A stretch of DNA of 31,628 bases, taken from assembly GCA_035499715.1 (NCBI GenBank), contig DATJYF010000223.1, positions 1 through 31,628 on the forward strand, given 5' to 3'. This document shows positions 1-8,593 of the stretch, one piece after another (positions within the stretch are counted from its first letter, which is position 1; the number at the start of each line of letters is the position of its first letter). The position numbers and the translations under genes are program-made. Under the pieces are notes generated by a model. It made no database searches, was not told where the DNA came from, and saw nothing but the letters and a program-made list of their open reading frames with translations. The DNA comes from Opitutaceae bacterium (lineage in GTDB: Bacteria > Verrucomicrobiota > Verrucomicrobiia > Opitutales > Opitutaceae).

Positions 1-626
1 ATCGCCTCGCCGACGGTCGCGCGATCGGAGGCCAGACCCCAGGCGATGATGCGGTCGAGGTCCGCCGGGGCGGCCGCCATCGTGCTGCCGTTGGGGCCGC
101 TGCGGATCATCCGGCCGTAGGCCTCGGCGTTCATGTGCAGAAATCCCTGGGCCATGCCTGCTGCCGCTTGTTTTGCATCGGCGACGGGCGCGCCCGGCCG
201 CATGGCACCCATGAGAAAGGGCAGGCTGTCGACAATCACGAGCCGACCGACCAACTCAGGATGGTTCGCCGCGAGATCCAGGGCGAGAAATCCACCGAGG
301 CTATGACCAACAACGACGGGATGGTCGAGCCGGTGTTCACGGATGTAGTCGGTTAGTTCTTCGCGTGCTTTCTCCAGCATCGGTCTGCTCGTGATTTGGG
401 CCGGAGTGCCGCCGAAGCCGGCCAGGGAGAGAACATGACATTCGTAGTCAGCGCTGAAATGCGCAACCGTCGTATCCCAGACCGCGCCGGGACAGGCGAG
501 GCCGGGAATGAGGATCATGGGACGTCCGTGGCCGGTCACCTTGACCTGAAAAACGGCGGGATCCGCCGCGGCTGAAGAGCCCGTCACAAGGACAAGCGCG
601 AGGGTGAAGAGCGAGATCGTTTTCAT
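1..626 (-). CDS. Secreted alpha/beta hydrolase (3' end cut by window edge)
   Basis: My own reverse-strand translation from the ATG (complement of 624-626) gives MKTISLFTLALVLVTGSSAAADP..., a signal-peptide-like start. It continues to VVVGHSLGGFLALDLA, which contains the G-x-S-x-G nucleophile elbow. The ORF runs off the left edge, so it is absent from the ORF track. Confidence 0.8.
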   Translation of the reverse strand, partial: MKTISLFTLALVLVTGSSAAADPAVFQVKVTGHGRPMILIPGLACPGAVWDTTVAHFSADYECHVLSLAGFGGTPAQITSRPMLEKAREELTDYIREHRLDHPVVVGHSLGGFLALDLAANHPELVGRLVIVDSLPFLMGAMRPGAPVADAKQAAAGMAQGFLHMNAEAYGRMIRSGPNGSTMAAAPADLDRIIAWGLASDRATVGEA

Positions 627-752
627 ACCCTGCCATGCAAACCGACGACGGCGCCTCACCCGGGTTAAAACGGATGAATGGCCGCAGAAAATGTCGAGCG
701 GTAGAAAAGAGGCCGGCAACCGCCCTTTCGGCAGTGTCTGCAGCCGCGCCGT

Positions 753-3700
753 CTACAGCACCTGGCGGCCGATCGTGCCCTGCAGGCTGGCGCGGTGGGC
801 GGTCGAGCGCATGCGGTCCAGCTCGGCCCGGGCATGGGCGAGGCGATCCTTGAGCCGGAGATTTTTGATGACATCTGTGTAGAAAGGCTGGTCGAGGAAG
901 CGCTCGAGCGATTTCACGTGCCGCTCCCACAGGGCGACGTCCACCTGCTGCTTGGCATCGAGCCGCGCGGCGTACCAGTCGCTGCCGAACAGGTGTTCGC
1001 GGGTGAAGAGCGCGCGGATGGCCGGCGCGTCGAGCCCCTGATTTTGGTAATGGCCGTGCACCATGATGTGGAGGAGGGCGCGGAGTGGCGGACAGGCGAG
1101 CTCCACGCTGCCGTCATTGAAATAGCTCTCAGCCACGCGGCGGTGCGTGGCGACGATGTTGTCCACGCCGTCGGCGAACACGTCCATGTCCTGCGATTCG
1201 GGCCGGAGCATCTCGTCGGTGAAGACGGCATGCGGATTGGTGAAGACGCGGCCGGCATAGATGCGCATGAAGCGCGTGGTGATGCGGTAGCCGAGGCGGC
1301 TGGCGAGGACCTTTTTGCCGGCATGCTCGAAATCGGTGCAGCGCTCGAGGCAGCCGTCGGCGATAAGGTTCGCGGCGCTGCGCTCCGGGTTGAGCATGCG
1401 CGAAAAGATCTCGGGCACGAGCAGGCTGATGTCGTGGTCGACGCGGACTTTCGGGCCGATGTAGCCCGCGCAAGTGATGAAGACATCGTGGCCGGTGAGG
1501 ATGAAGGAGACGAGGGCGGCGTTGAGGTCGATAATGGGCGGGAGGGCATTAAAGGGCCCCTTGGTCAGCGCGCCTTCCGAGCCGGCGCCGGTGGTGGAGG
1601 GCGATTTTCCCGTCATCGAGCTGATCAATTCCATGAACAGCTCGGGCAGCTCGAGATGATGGATGGGATTGAAGACGCAGAGCGGGCGGATGCCGGCTTC
1701 GGGAGGATTGTTGCGGCGGCCGGGGACGACGAGCCGGACCGGACGGAGGAGCGGCGCGCCAGGCGCAAGCTTGCGGCGCAGGCGCTGGGAAAGTTCGGCC
1801 AGCGCCGTCTCGCGCGGATAGGCGACGTCGGGCCGGAGCTGGAGATAGCGGGGATTTTTCGAGGGCTTGCCGTCCACCAGACGCGGATGGGCGGAGGAGA
1901 CGAAATATCGCGGCGAGGCATCGCCGGCCGCGGCTGCCTCCTGGATGAGGCGCTGCATCGGCCCGGTGAAGGCGGAAAACCCGATCGCATCGTCGATCAG
2001 CGCCCGGGCGTCGGCGGCCGTGAGCGGTTCGTAATTGGAAATGAAATTTCCCGGGCTGGCCATTTCGGCCTCGGCCTGCCGGTCGTAGCCACGGTGAATG
2101 GCCTCGTCCGGCCGCTGGAAGAGCCGGGCTTCGCAGTTTTGGACGAATTTTTCCGAACGCTCCGCACCTGCGACCGGCGCGACCACCGAAGCCGAGATGT
2201 CGTCCTCCATCTGGACCTTGGCCGCGGGATGGAAATCCTGCCGCAGGCTGAAAACGCGCCAGGAATCGTCGGCCTCGAAGCCGACGCGCAGGGTGTTCAC
2301 GACCAGCTTGCGGCCGTCGAGTTTGAGTTCGTTGCCCGGCCGGCCGTTGATCAGGTCGACCGAGAAATGCCGGCGCCAGTCGTCACCCCATTCGGGCTTG
2401 TGGAAGCATTTGACGACGAAAACGAGCTCCTTGATGTGCGAGGGAATGGCGTTGAGCCAGGTGTTGTAGGCGTCGGAGTACTCGCGGCGTGAAGGCGTGA
2501 GCAGTTTGATCACGCTGCCGAGCGATCGCTCCGGGCTGAGCACGGGCCGGTGATCGCTGGTGCGCCGAGCCGGATCCTTGAAGCGGTTGCTGAAATCGCG
2601 GCCGAGGATGGCGGCGACCGCCTCGAAATCGCGGTCGAAGTCGGCGACGAACACATGACCGGGCAGGATCGCATCGGAAATGGCCTTGGAAATCTCGGAC
2701 TTGCCGCCGCCGGACACGGTGCAGGGTTTGTGGCAGAAGAGACCATCGGCCACGGTGCCCACCAGCCGCCACTGGCCGCGCTCGCCGCGCACCGGTTCCA
2801 TGTGGACGCGATAGCCGCTGGGCCGGACGTAGGTTTTGTTGGCCAGGAGCAGGAGACGATGCCGGGTGCCGTTGGCGCCGGCCCACGAAGCGGTCTGCGT
2901 GCGAAGGTCGAAGACGCTTTCCTCGGGCACGAGCACGACGTCGGGCAGCTCGCGATCGAGGGCGTGGCCCTCCGGTTGCAGCGCAAAGCGGTCGCCATGG
3001 CGCGCGACGACGTCGGCGATCGAGTAATCCTTCGGCTCGGCATAGGCGCCGAAATCATCGCTCAGATCGTAGCTGGGGAAGACCAGGGCGCCGCCGGCGT
3101 GCTCCTCCTCGGCCGAGCCGTAGAGATTGGCGGCGAAGCTGATCTGTGTCTTCACCTCTTTCTTGCAGTAGCCATAGTAGTTGTCGGCGATGATCGTGAC
3201 CATCACGCCGCGGGTGTCGCGGGCGCAAAGCTTGAAGGCGGAGCCGTTATTGTAGAGTTCATCCTCGTTTTTCCAGCACATGCCGTCGCGGCGCTGGCGC
3301 GGAGTGGCGAGATTCCACGGCGGCAGGCCGGCGATATGCTTGGGCACGGTGGTGAGATGCGGCGCGAGGATGACGCAGCCGGTGTGGCCGGTCCAGCCGT
3401 CGAGATCGAGCGCGGCGTCATTCTCGGGCAGAAAGGGATCGCCGGCGTTGCCAAAGATGTTTTCGACAAAATCGAGATTGGAGACGAGCGAGCCGGGGGC
3501 GAAAAAGCGGATCTCCATGCGCTTTTCGCCGGTGAAACCGGGAACGGCGGGCACCACGAGCGGGCGCAGCAGCAGCGAAACGATGGTTTCGGCCGGTTGC
3601 GTGCAACCGGTCGTGTAGGGCAGGCGCAGCAGCTCGTGCGGCGGCCGCAGGGCGAAGTCGAGCATCCGGGCGAAGACCGCCTTGGGCACGGCCTGCTTGT

Positions 3701-4142
3701 CGTCCGGCACGGGCAGGCCGCCTTCGGCGATGTGAAACACGCCCTGCGTGGTGCGGCGGTCGTTGGCCGGGTTGTGCAGAACGCCATTGCGCAGCCGGTA
3801 GCTTTTCAACAGCGAGGAGGTGAACTGATCGCCGCCGGCGGGCAGCGAAAGCGCGCGGGCCAGGCCGGGCTGGTCGAGCACAAACGTGCGGGGCGGCAGC
3901 TGCGGGGCGGGGCCGATGTCGGCGAGATAGCTTTCGAGAAAGCGCTGGATGCGATCGTCCGCCGGGCTGAGGCGGTCGGACAGCCGGCGGGTGATTTCGC
4001 GCTGGCGGGCGAAAATCGGCGCGGCGAGATCGATCCACGCGCCGGCCTGGCCGTTCTCCACCGGCTGGCAGCCCAGCAGCGACAGGCGCAGGTTGATGGC
4101 ATGGCTGAGAGTTTCGCGCAGGGCGGGGACGTCCGTGGTCAT
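753..4142 (-). CDS. Large (1129 aa) PPi-type phosphoenolpyruvate carboxykinase-like protein
   Basis: This is the C-terminal 1129 codons of track ORF 753..4793. I start it at MTTDVPALRETL (ATG complement 4140-4142; alternative MVPRCFTM at 4163) because upstream codons overlap queE and are Arg/Ala-rich junk. Motifs: CTVSGGGKSEISK (P-loop-like) and IIADNYYGYCKKEVKTQISFAANLYG. Size and motifs match my recollection of the ~130 kDa PPi-PEPCK family. The CDS is secure; the function is moderately confident. Confidence 0.7.
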   Translation of the reverse strand: MTTDVPALRETLSHAINLRLSLLGCQPVENGQAGAWIDLAAPIFARQREITRRLSDRLSPADDRIQRFLESYLADIGPAPQLPPRTFVLDQPGLARALSLPAGGDQFTSSLLKSYRLRNGVLHNPANDRRTTQGVFHIAEGGLPVPDDKQAVPKAVFARMLDFALRPPHELLRLPYTTGCTQPAETIVSLLLRPLVVPAVPGFTGEKRMEIRFFAPGSLVSNLDFVENIFGNAGDPFLPENDAALDLDGWTGHTGCVILAPHLTTVPKHIAGLPPWNLATPRQRRDGMCWKNEDELYNNGSAFKLCARDTRGVMVTIIADNYYGYCKKEVKTQISFAANLYGSAEEEHAGGALVFPSYDLSDDFGAYAEPKDYSIADVVARHGDRFALQPEGHALDRELPDVVLVPEESVFDLRTQTASWAGANGTRHRLLLLANKTYVRPSGYRVHMEPVRGERGQWRLVGTVADGLFCHKPCTVSGGGKSEISKAISDAILPGHVFVADFDRDFEAVAAILGRDFSNRFKDPARRTSDHRPVLSPERSLGSVIKLLTPSRREYSDAYNTWLNAIPSHIKELVFVVKCFHKPEWGDDWRRHFSVDLINGRPGNELKLDGRKLVVNTLRVGFEADDSWRVFSLRQDFHPAAKVQMEDDISASVVAPVAGAERSEKFVQNCEARLFQRPDEAIHRGYDRQAEAEMASPGNFISNYEPLTAADARALIDDAIGFSAFTGPMQRLIQEAAAAGDASPRYFVSSAHPRLVDGKPSKNPRYLQLRPDVAYPRETALAELSQRLRRKLAPGAPLLRPVRLVVPGRRNNPPEAGIRPLCVFNPIHHLELPELFMELISSMTGKSPSTTGAGSEGALTKGPFNALPPIIDLNAALVSFILTGHDVFITCAGYIGPKVRVDHDISLLVPEIFSRMLNPERSAANLIADGCLERCTDFEHAGKKVLASRLGYRITTRFMRIYAGRVFTNPHAVFTDEMLRPESQDMDVFADGVDNIVATHRRVAESYFNDGSVELACPPLRALLHIMVHGHYQNQGLDAPAIRALFTREHLFGSDWYAARLDAKQQVDVALWERHVKSLERFLDQPFYTDVIKNLRLKDRLAHARAELDRMRSTAHRASLQGTIGRQVL

Positions 4143-4204
4143 AGTGAAGCAGCGTGGCACCATAGTGGCGCCGACCGCGGAGTAAAGAGCGGGCGCGGGC
4201 TTTT

Positions 4205-4897
4205 TCAGGTGCCCCGCCGGTTGCCGTAAAGCTCGATCTGCAGCCGGTGGCCATAGCGGTAGCCGCGGGCCTTGCACAGGTCGGCGAGCCAGGCGGCGCG
4301 CTCGCGCATCGTTTCCGGCGTGCGCGCCTCGGGCATGAGGAAAATTTTGTGCCGGGGGATGTCGCACCCGAGTTTTTCCAGCATGCCCTCGAGCTCCTCC
4401 ACGTCCGCCGGCTGGGAAACGACGAACTTGAACTGATGGGCATAGCCGTTGACCCAGGCCCGGACCACCTCCGGCTGCCAGCGCGTGGCTTCGTGCTTTT
4501 TCCGCCAGGCCGCGTGCGCCTTTGCGTCCGGCGCGGAATGGAGCAGCTTCGGCGAGAGCGAGGCGAGGTCGCAAGCGATGCCGTCCGGCGCGATCGTCGC
4601 CGCGGTCTCGATGGTGACATGGTAGCCGAGCAGCTGCAATTCGCCCGCCAGCTCGCGCAGGCGCGGAGCGATCATCGGCTCGCCGCCGGTCAGCACCGCA
4701 TGCCGCGCGGGATGCCGCTGCACTTCGGCGACGATTTCCCCGAGGGCGAGCGGGCGGCCTTCCGGCTCCCAGGAGGCGTAGGGCGTGTCGCACCAGGCGC
4801 AGCGCAAATTGCAGCCGCTGGTGCGCACGAAGACCGAAGGCACGCCTGTCAGCTCGCCTTCGCCCTGGAGCGAATGAAAAATTTCCGCAATGAGCAT
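4205..4897 (-). CDS. queE: 7-carboxy-7-deazaguanine synthase (radical SAM)
   Basis: MLIAEIFHSLQGEGELTGVPSVFVRTSGCNLRCAWCDT carries the Cx3Cx2C radical-SAM cluster and a typical QueE N-terminus. The internal ATG at 4897 was chosen over the track start at 5023, which overlaps queC. Confidence 0.9.
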   Translation of the reverse strand: MLIAEIFHSLQGEGELTGVPSVFVRTSGCNLRCAWCDTPYASWEPEGRPLALGEIVAEVQRHPARHAVLTGGEPMIAPRLRELAGELQLLGYHVTIETAATIAPDGIACDLASLSPKLLHSAPDAKAHAAWRKKHEATRWQPEVVRAWVNGYAHQFKFVVSQPADVEELEGMLEKLGCDIPRHKIFLMPEARTPETMRERAAWLADLCKARGYRYGHRLQIELYGNRRGT

Positions 4898-4898
4898 C

Positions 4899-5585
4899 TT
4901 ATCGCTTTGGTTTCGGCGGCAGGGGCGCCGTCGAGGCGTAAGCGGTCGGGTCGGGCAGGCCGGCAAGCGTGAAGGCTTCGCGCCGCTCCACGCAGGTGCC
5001 GCAGGTGCCGCAGTGCACGGCACCGCCCTTGTAACACGACCAGGTGCGCGCGAAATCCACGCCCAGCCGCGCCCCTTCGGCCGCGATCTGCGCCTTGTTC
5101 AGGGCGATGAACGGTCGCAGCAGTTTTATCCCCGCATAGGTGCCGGCGCGCATCGCCTCCGCCATGGCCTGCATGAAATCCTCCCGGCAATCGGGATAAA
5201 TTGCGTGATCGCCGCCGTGGGCCGCGATGACGAGACCCTCCGCGCCGATGCTTTCGGCCATGCCCGCCGCGATCGACAGCATGATGGCATTGCGGAACGG
5301 CACCACCGTCTGCTTCATGGTCTCAGCCTCGTAATGCCCGTCGGGAATTTTGCCATCGTTTTGCAACAACGCTGACGAGAAAAGCCGCCCGACAAAGTCC
5401 AGCGAAACGAGCTCATGCCGCCGGCCGAGCGCCGCCGCATGCTCGCGCGCGAAGGGAAGCTCGCGGGCGTTGTGTTTCGCGCCGTAGTCAAAGCTGACCA
5501 CCGCCATGATTTCGTGCTCGCGCCGCGCCCAATGGAGCGCGGTCACGGAATCCATCCCGCCGGAGCAGAGCACGACGACTTTCAT
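4899..5585 (-). CDS. queC: 7-cyano-7-deazaguanine synthase
   Basis: MKVVVLCSGGMDSVT is the PP-loop SGGxDS motif. The C-terminal zinc Cys cluster is CYKGGAVHCGTCGTCVERREAF. It sits 1 nt upstream of queE. Confidence 0.93.
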   Translation of the reverse strand: MKVVVLCSGGMDSVTALHWARREHEIMAVVSFDYGAKHNARELPFAREHAAALGRRHELVSLDFVGRLFSSALLQNDGKIPDGHYEAETMKQTVVPFRNAIMLSIAAGMAESIGAEGLVIAAHGGDHAIYPDCREDFMQAMAEAMRAGTYAGIKLLRPFIALNKAQIAAEGARLGVDFARTWSCYKGGAVHCGTCGTCVERREAFTLAGLPDPTAYASTAPLPPKPKR

Positions 5586-5727
5586 GGAATGAACATTGGG
5601 GCATATTTTGGTTCAAAAGTCACAAAAAAGCGTCGCCGGGCGGCTGGACAATTCCGCGCCTGCCGACGATTCGTTTTTGACCGCCCCGGCCGAAGCCATT
5701 TGTTTCTTCCTGGATTTTCAACCTGTT

Positions 5728-6849
5728 TTGAACTCGTCGCCCACCCATCATCTCATCGACCAACCGGAGCAACTCTCGCCGCTTCTCGCCGCCCTTGACC
5801 GTGTGTCGGAGGTGGCGCTCGATACCGAAGCCGACAATCTCTTCCACTACCGGACGCGCGTCTGCCTGCTGCAATTTTTCGTGGCGGGAGAAATCCATCT
5901 GGTCGACGTGCTCGCGCCGCTCGAGCTGGCGCCGCTCTGGCAGCGTCTGGCGCCGAAACATCTCGTCATGCACGGGAGCGACTTTGACCTGCGCCTGCTG
6001 CATGACCTGTGCGGTTTCACCGCCGGCGGCCTGTTCGACACGATGCTGGCCGCGCAGCTGCTCGGCCGCACCCGCATCGGCCTGGCTTCGCTCCTCGAAC
6101 AGCATTTCGGCGTGACGCTCGACAAGGACGGCCAGAAGGCCAACTGGTCGCGCCGGCCGATCAGCGCCGACCTGCTGGCCTATGCCGCGCTCGATGTTCT
6201 TCATCTGCCGGCCCTGCGCGACATTCTCCGTGCCGAACTGGCCGCGCTGGGCCGTCTCGAATGGCTCGACCAGCAATGCCAGCGCCAGATCGCGGCCGGA
6301 ACCGACGGCTTCGCGCCGCCCGACGAGAACGACTGGCGCATCGGCCGCAGCGAACGGCTCCGCGGCCGCGGTCTGGCCGTGCTCCACGCCGTCTGGCACT
6401 GGCGGGAAGCCACCGCGCGCCGCCTCGACGTGCCGCCGTTCAAGGTTTGCGGCAATGAATTCCTGCTCAAAGTCGCCGAGTCCGCCGAACGCGGCGCAGC
6501 CGCCACGGCGATCCTGGCGGACGCTCATCTCGGCAAGCGGCACACCATGCTCGCATCCTCGCTGGCGGAGGCGGTCCATGCCGGCCTGGCCCGCGATCCG
6601 CACACCCTGCCCCGCCGGCGCGGCCGCAACGGCGATTTTTCCCCGCTCACCGCCGAGGAGATTGCCTTCCAGGACGCGCTCAAGGCTGACCGCGACCGCG
6701 TCGCCGCCCAGCTTCAGCTCGATCCCACGCTGATCGCGAACCGCGCCCAGCTCGCGCAACTCGCCCGCGCGCCCGCGCGCCTGACCGAAATCCTGCTGCC
6801 GTGGCAGGCCGGGCTGATGCGCCAGACCCCGGCGTTGCAGCAGGGATAG
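5728..6849 (+). CDS. rnd: Ribonuclease D (DEDDy 3'-5' exonuclease plus HRDC region)
   Basis: Motifs ALDTEAD, HGSDFDLRLL and YAALDVLHL form the DEDDy set, plus TLDKDGQKANWSRRP. The start is uncertain. The track start is TTG at 5596, only 10 nt from the divergent queC start. An in-frame TTG at 5728 (MNSSPTHHLIDQ) fits the E. coli RNase D N-terminus better. Confidence 0.85.
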   Translation: MNSSPTHHLIDQPEQLSPLLAALDRVSEVALDTEADNLFHYRTRVCLLQFFVAGEIHLVDVLAPLELAPLWQRLAPKHLVMHGSDFDLRLLHDLCGFTAGGLFDTMLAAQLLGRTRIGLASLLEQHFGVTLDKDGQKANWSRRPISADLLAYAALDVLHLPALRDILRAELAALGRLEWLDQQCQRQIAAGTDGFAPPDENDWRIGRSERLRGRGLAVLHAVWHWREATARRLDVPPFKVCGNEFLLKVAESAERGAAATAILADAHLGKRHTMLASSLAEAVHAGLARDPHTLPRRRGRNGDFSPLTAEEIAFQDALKADRDRVAAQLQLDPTLIANRAQLAQLARAPARLTEILLPWQAGLMRQTPALQQG

Positions 6850-6863
6850 CCGGTCCGCCTCCC

Positions 6864-8495
6864 ATGCCCGAAACCGCCAATATCGCGCGCCACCTCGCGC
6901 TGATGGCCGCGCGCGCGCCGCGCCAGGCGGCGCTCAAGATTCCCCGCGGCCGCGCCACCGCCGGAGGGATCGATTATCTCACGCTCGATTTTGCCGGACT
7001 CGCGGCCGAGACCGCGGCCTGGCAAAAACGCCTCGTCACCCGCGGCGTGCGCCCCGGCGACCGCGCGCTCGTCATGGTCCGGCCCGGCCTGCCGCTCATC
7101 GCCTCCGTCTTCGCGCTTTTCGCCCTCGGCGCCGTGCCGGTCATCATCGATCCCGGCATGGGCCGGAAAAATTTTCTCGCCTGCGTAACCCGCTCCCGCC
7201 CGCGCGTGCTCGTCGGCGTGCCGCTCGCGCAATTTTTCAGCCGGATTTTCCGCGCGCCGTTCCGCAGCGTGCAGCTGCGCGTGGCGGCGAGCGCAAAACT
7301 CACCGCGCGGCTGGCTGCGCCGGACGGGGCCGCGCTGGCGCCGGAGATCGGCAACGCCGCCGCCACCGACCTGGCCGCGATCCTTTTCACTTCCGGTTCC
7401 ACCGGCGCGCCGAAAGGCGTCTGCTACAGGCACGGCATGTTCGAGGCGCAGATTCGTCTCATCCGGGAAGCCTATGGCATCGAGCCGGGCGAGGTCGATT
7501 TGCCGCTCCTGCCGGTGTTCGCCCTCTTCAATCCCGCGCTGGGCCTGACCACCATCGTGCCCGAAATCGATCCGCGGCGGCCCGCGGCCGCCGATCCGGC
7601 CGCGATCGTCCAGGCCATCCGTCAGGAAAATGTCACCAACTCCTTCGGCTCACCTACCCTCTGGCGCAAAATCGGCGGCTATTGCATGGCGGAAAAAATC
7701 GCTTTGCCCAGCCTGCGTCGGGTGCTTTGCGCCGGCGCGCCCGTGCCCGCCGATCTCTGGCAAAATTTTCGCACGTGGCTTCCGCAAGGCCGGCTCCACA
7801 GCCCCTATGGCGCAACCGAGGCGTTGCCGGTGAGCACCGTGTCGGCGGAAGAAATCGATCCGGCATCGGTGCGCGGCGCCTGCGTGGGCCGCCCGCTGGC
7901 CGGTATCGAGGCCCGGATCATCGTCCTCACGGACGCACCCATCGCGACGCTGGAGGCGGCGCGCCCTGTCCCATCCGGTGAGACCGGAGAAATCATCGTG
8001 CGCGGCCCGGTGGTGACCAAAACCTACGATGCGCTGCCCGAAGCCACCGCCGCCGCCAAAATTCCCGCGGCGGACGGCGCGATCTGGCATCGCATGGGCG
8101 ATTGCGGCTACCTCGACCCGGCCGGCCGGCTCTGGTTCTGTGGCCGCAAGGCCGAGCGGGTCGAGACCGCGGCCGGCCCGATGTTCACGGAGCCCTGCGA
8201 GCAGGTTTTTCGCGCCCATCCGCGCGTGGCACGTTGCGCGCTTATCGGTCTCGGTTCCCGCGGCGCGCAACGGCCCGCCATTGTGATCGAAGCGAAGCCG
8301 AAAAATCCCGGCGAGGCGCGGACCTGGGCCGGGCAGTTGCGGGTGCTCGCCCGGCAGCATCCGCATACGGCGACCATCAGCCTTTTTTATTTCCATCCCA
8401 ACTTTCCCGTGGATGTCCGTCACAACGCCAAAATCCACCGGCTGGCGCTCGCCCAATGGGCGGCGACGGCAAAGGGCTTCGAAGCCGATCGGTGA
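6864..8495 (+). CDS. AMP-dependent synthetase/ligase, OleC-like (fatty acid CoA ligase family, possible beta-lactone synthetase)
   Basis: Adenylation motifs LFTSGSTGAPKG, YGATE, GEIIVRGP, MGDCGYLDPAGRLWFCGRKAE and C-terminal VDVRHNAKI. The ATG at 6864 (MPETANIARH) follows the rnd stop at 6849. It is immediately followed by an OleD-like dehydrogenase gene. Confidence 0.85.
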   Translation: MPETANIARHLALMAARAPRQAALKIPRGRATAGGIDYLTLDFAGLAAETAAWQKRLVTRGVRPGDRALVMVRPGLPLIASVFALFALGAVPVIIDPGMGRKNFLACVTRSRPRVLVGVPLAQFFSRIFRAPFRSVQLRVAASAKLTARLAAPDGAALAPEIGNAAATDLAAILFTSGSTGAPKGVCYRHGMFEAQIRLIREAYGIEPGEVDLPLLPVFALFNPALGLTTIVPEIDPRRPAAADPAAIVQAIRQENVTNSFGSPTLWRKIGGYCMAEKIALPSLRRVLCAGAPVPADLWQNFRTWLPQGRLHSPYGATEALPVSTVSAEEIDPASVRGACVGRPLAGIEARIIVLTDAPIATLEAARPVPSGETGEIIVRGPVVTKTYDALPEATAAAKIPAADGAIWHRMGDCGYLDPAGRLWFCGRKAERVETAAGPMFTEPCEQVFRAHPRVARCALIGLGSRGAQRPAIVIEAKPKNPGEARTWAGQLRVLARQHPHTATISLFYFHPNFPVDVRHNAKIHRLALAQWAATAKGFEADR

Positions 8496-8497
8496 AT

Positions 8498-8593
8498 CCA
8501 CGGGACGCGGCGCCGAAATCGTGTGCAGAGGAAACATTGGCAAATTTTCCCTGCGCCCCCACGATTCCTCCGTGTCCTCTGCGTCCCTCATGG
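8498..8593. repeat. Degenerate second copy of the palindromic element
   Basis: ATTCCTCCGTGTCCTCTGCGTCCCTCATGG (8564-8593) matches the right arm at 10559-10587 at about 21 of 25 aligned positions, and all differences are transitions. CCACGGGACGCGGCGCCGAAAT (8498-8519) looks like a shortened left arm. It fills the gap between the OleC-like and OleD-like genes. Confidence 0.6.

Noticed and set aside
1-626. The alpha/beta hydrolase as the missing OleB partner of the OleC/OleD-like pair
   Set aside because: It has a signal-peptide-like N-terminus, is 6 kb away on the other strand, and is separated by unrelated genes. OleB proteins are cytoplasmic.
795-4229. Long plus-strand ORFs 795..2492 and 2550..4229
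   Set aside because: These are antisense shadows of the PEPCK-like gene. Their composition is dominated by G, A, R, E, D and V, with no recognisable motifs.
4143-4793. N-terminal extension of the 1346-aa track ORF 753..4793
   Set aside because: The extra 217 codons are Arg/Ala/Gly-rich low-complexity sequence and lie antisense-shifted over the well-supported queE gene. The conserved-looking protein begins at MTTDVPALRETL.
5586-5727. preQ1 riboswitch upstream of queC
   Set aside because: The leader is AT-richer than its surroundings, but I could not find the conserved preQ1-I/II aptamer core (a short hairpin followed by an A-rich tail with the conserved C/U residues). An Infernal scan would be decisive.
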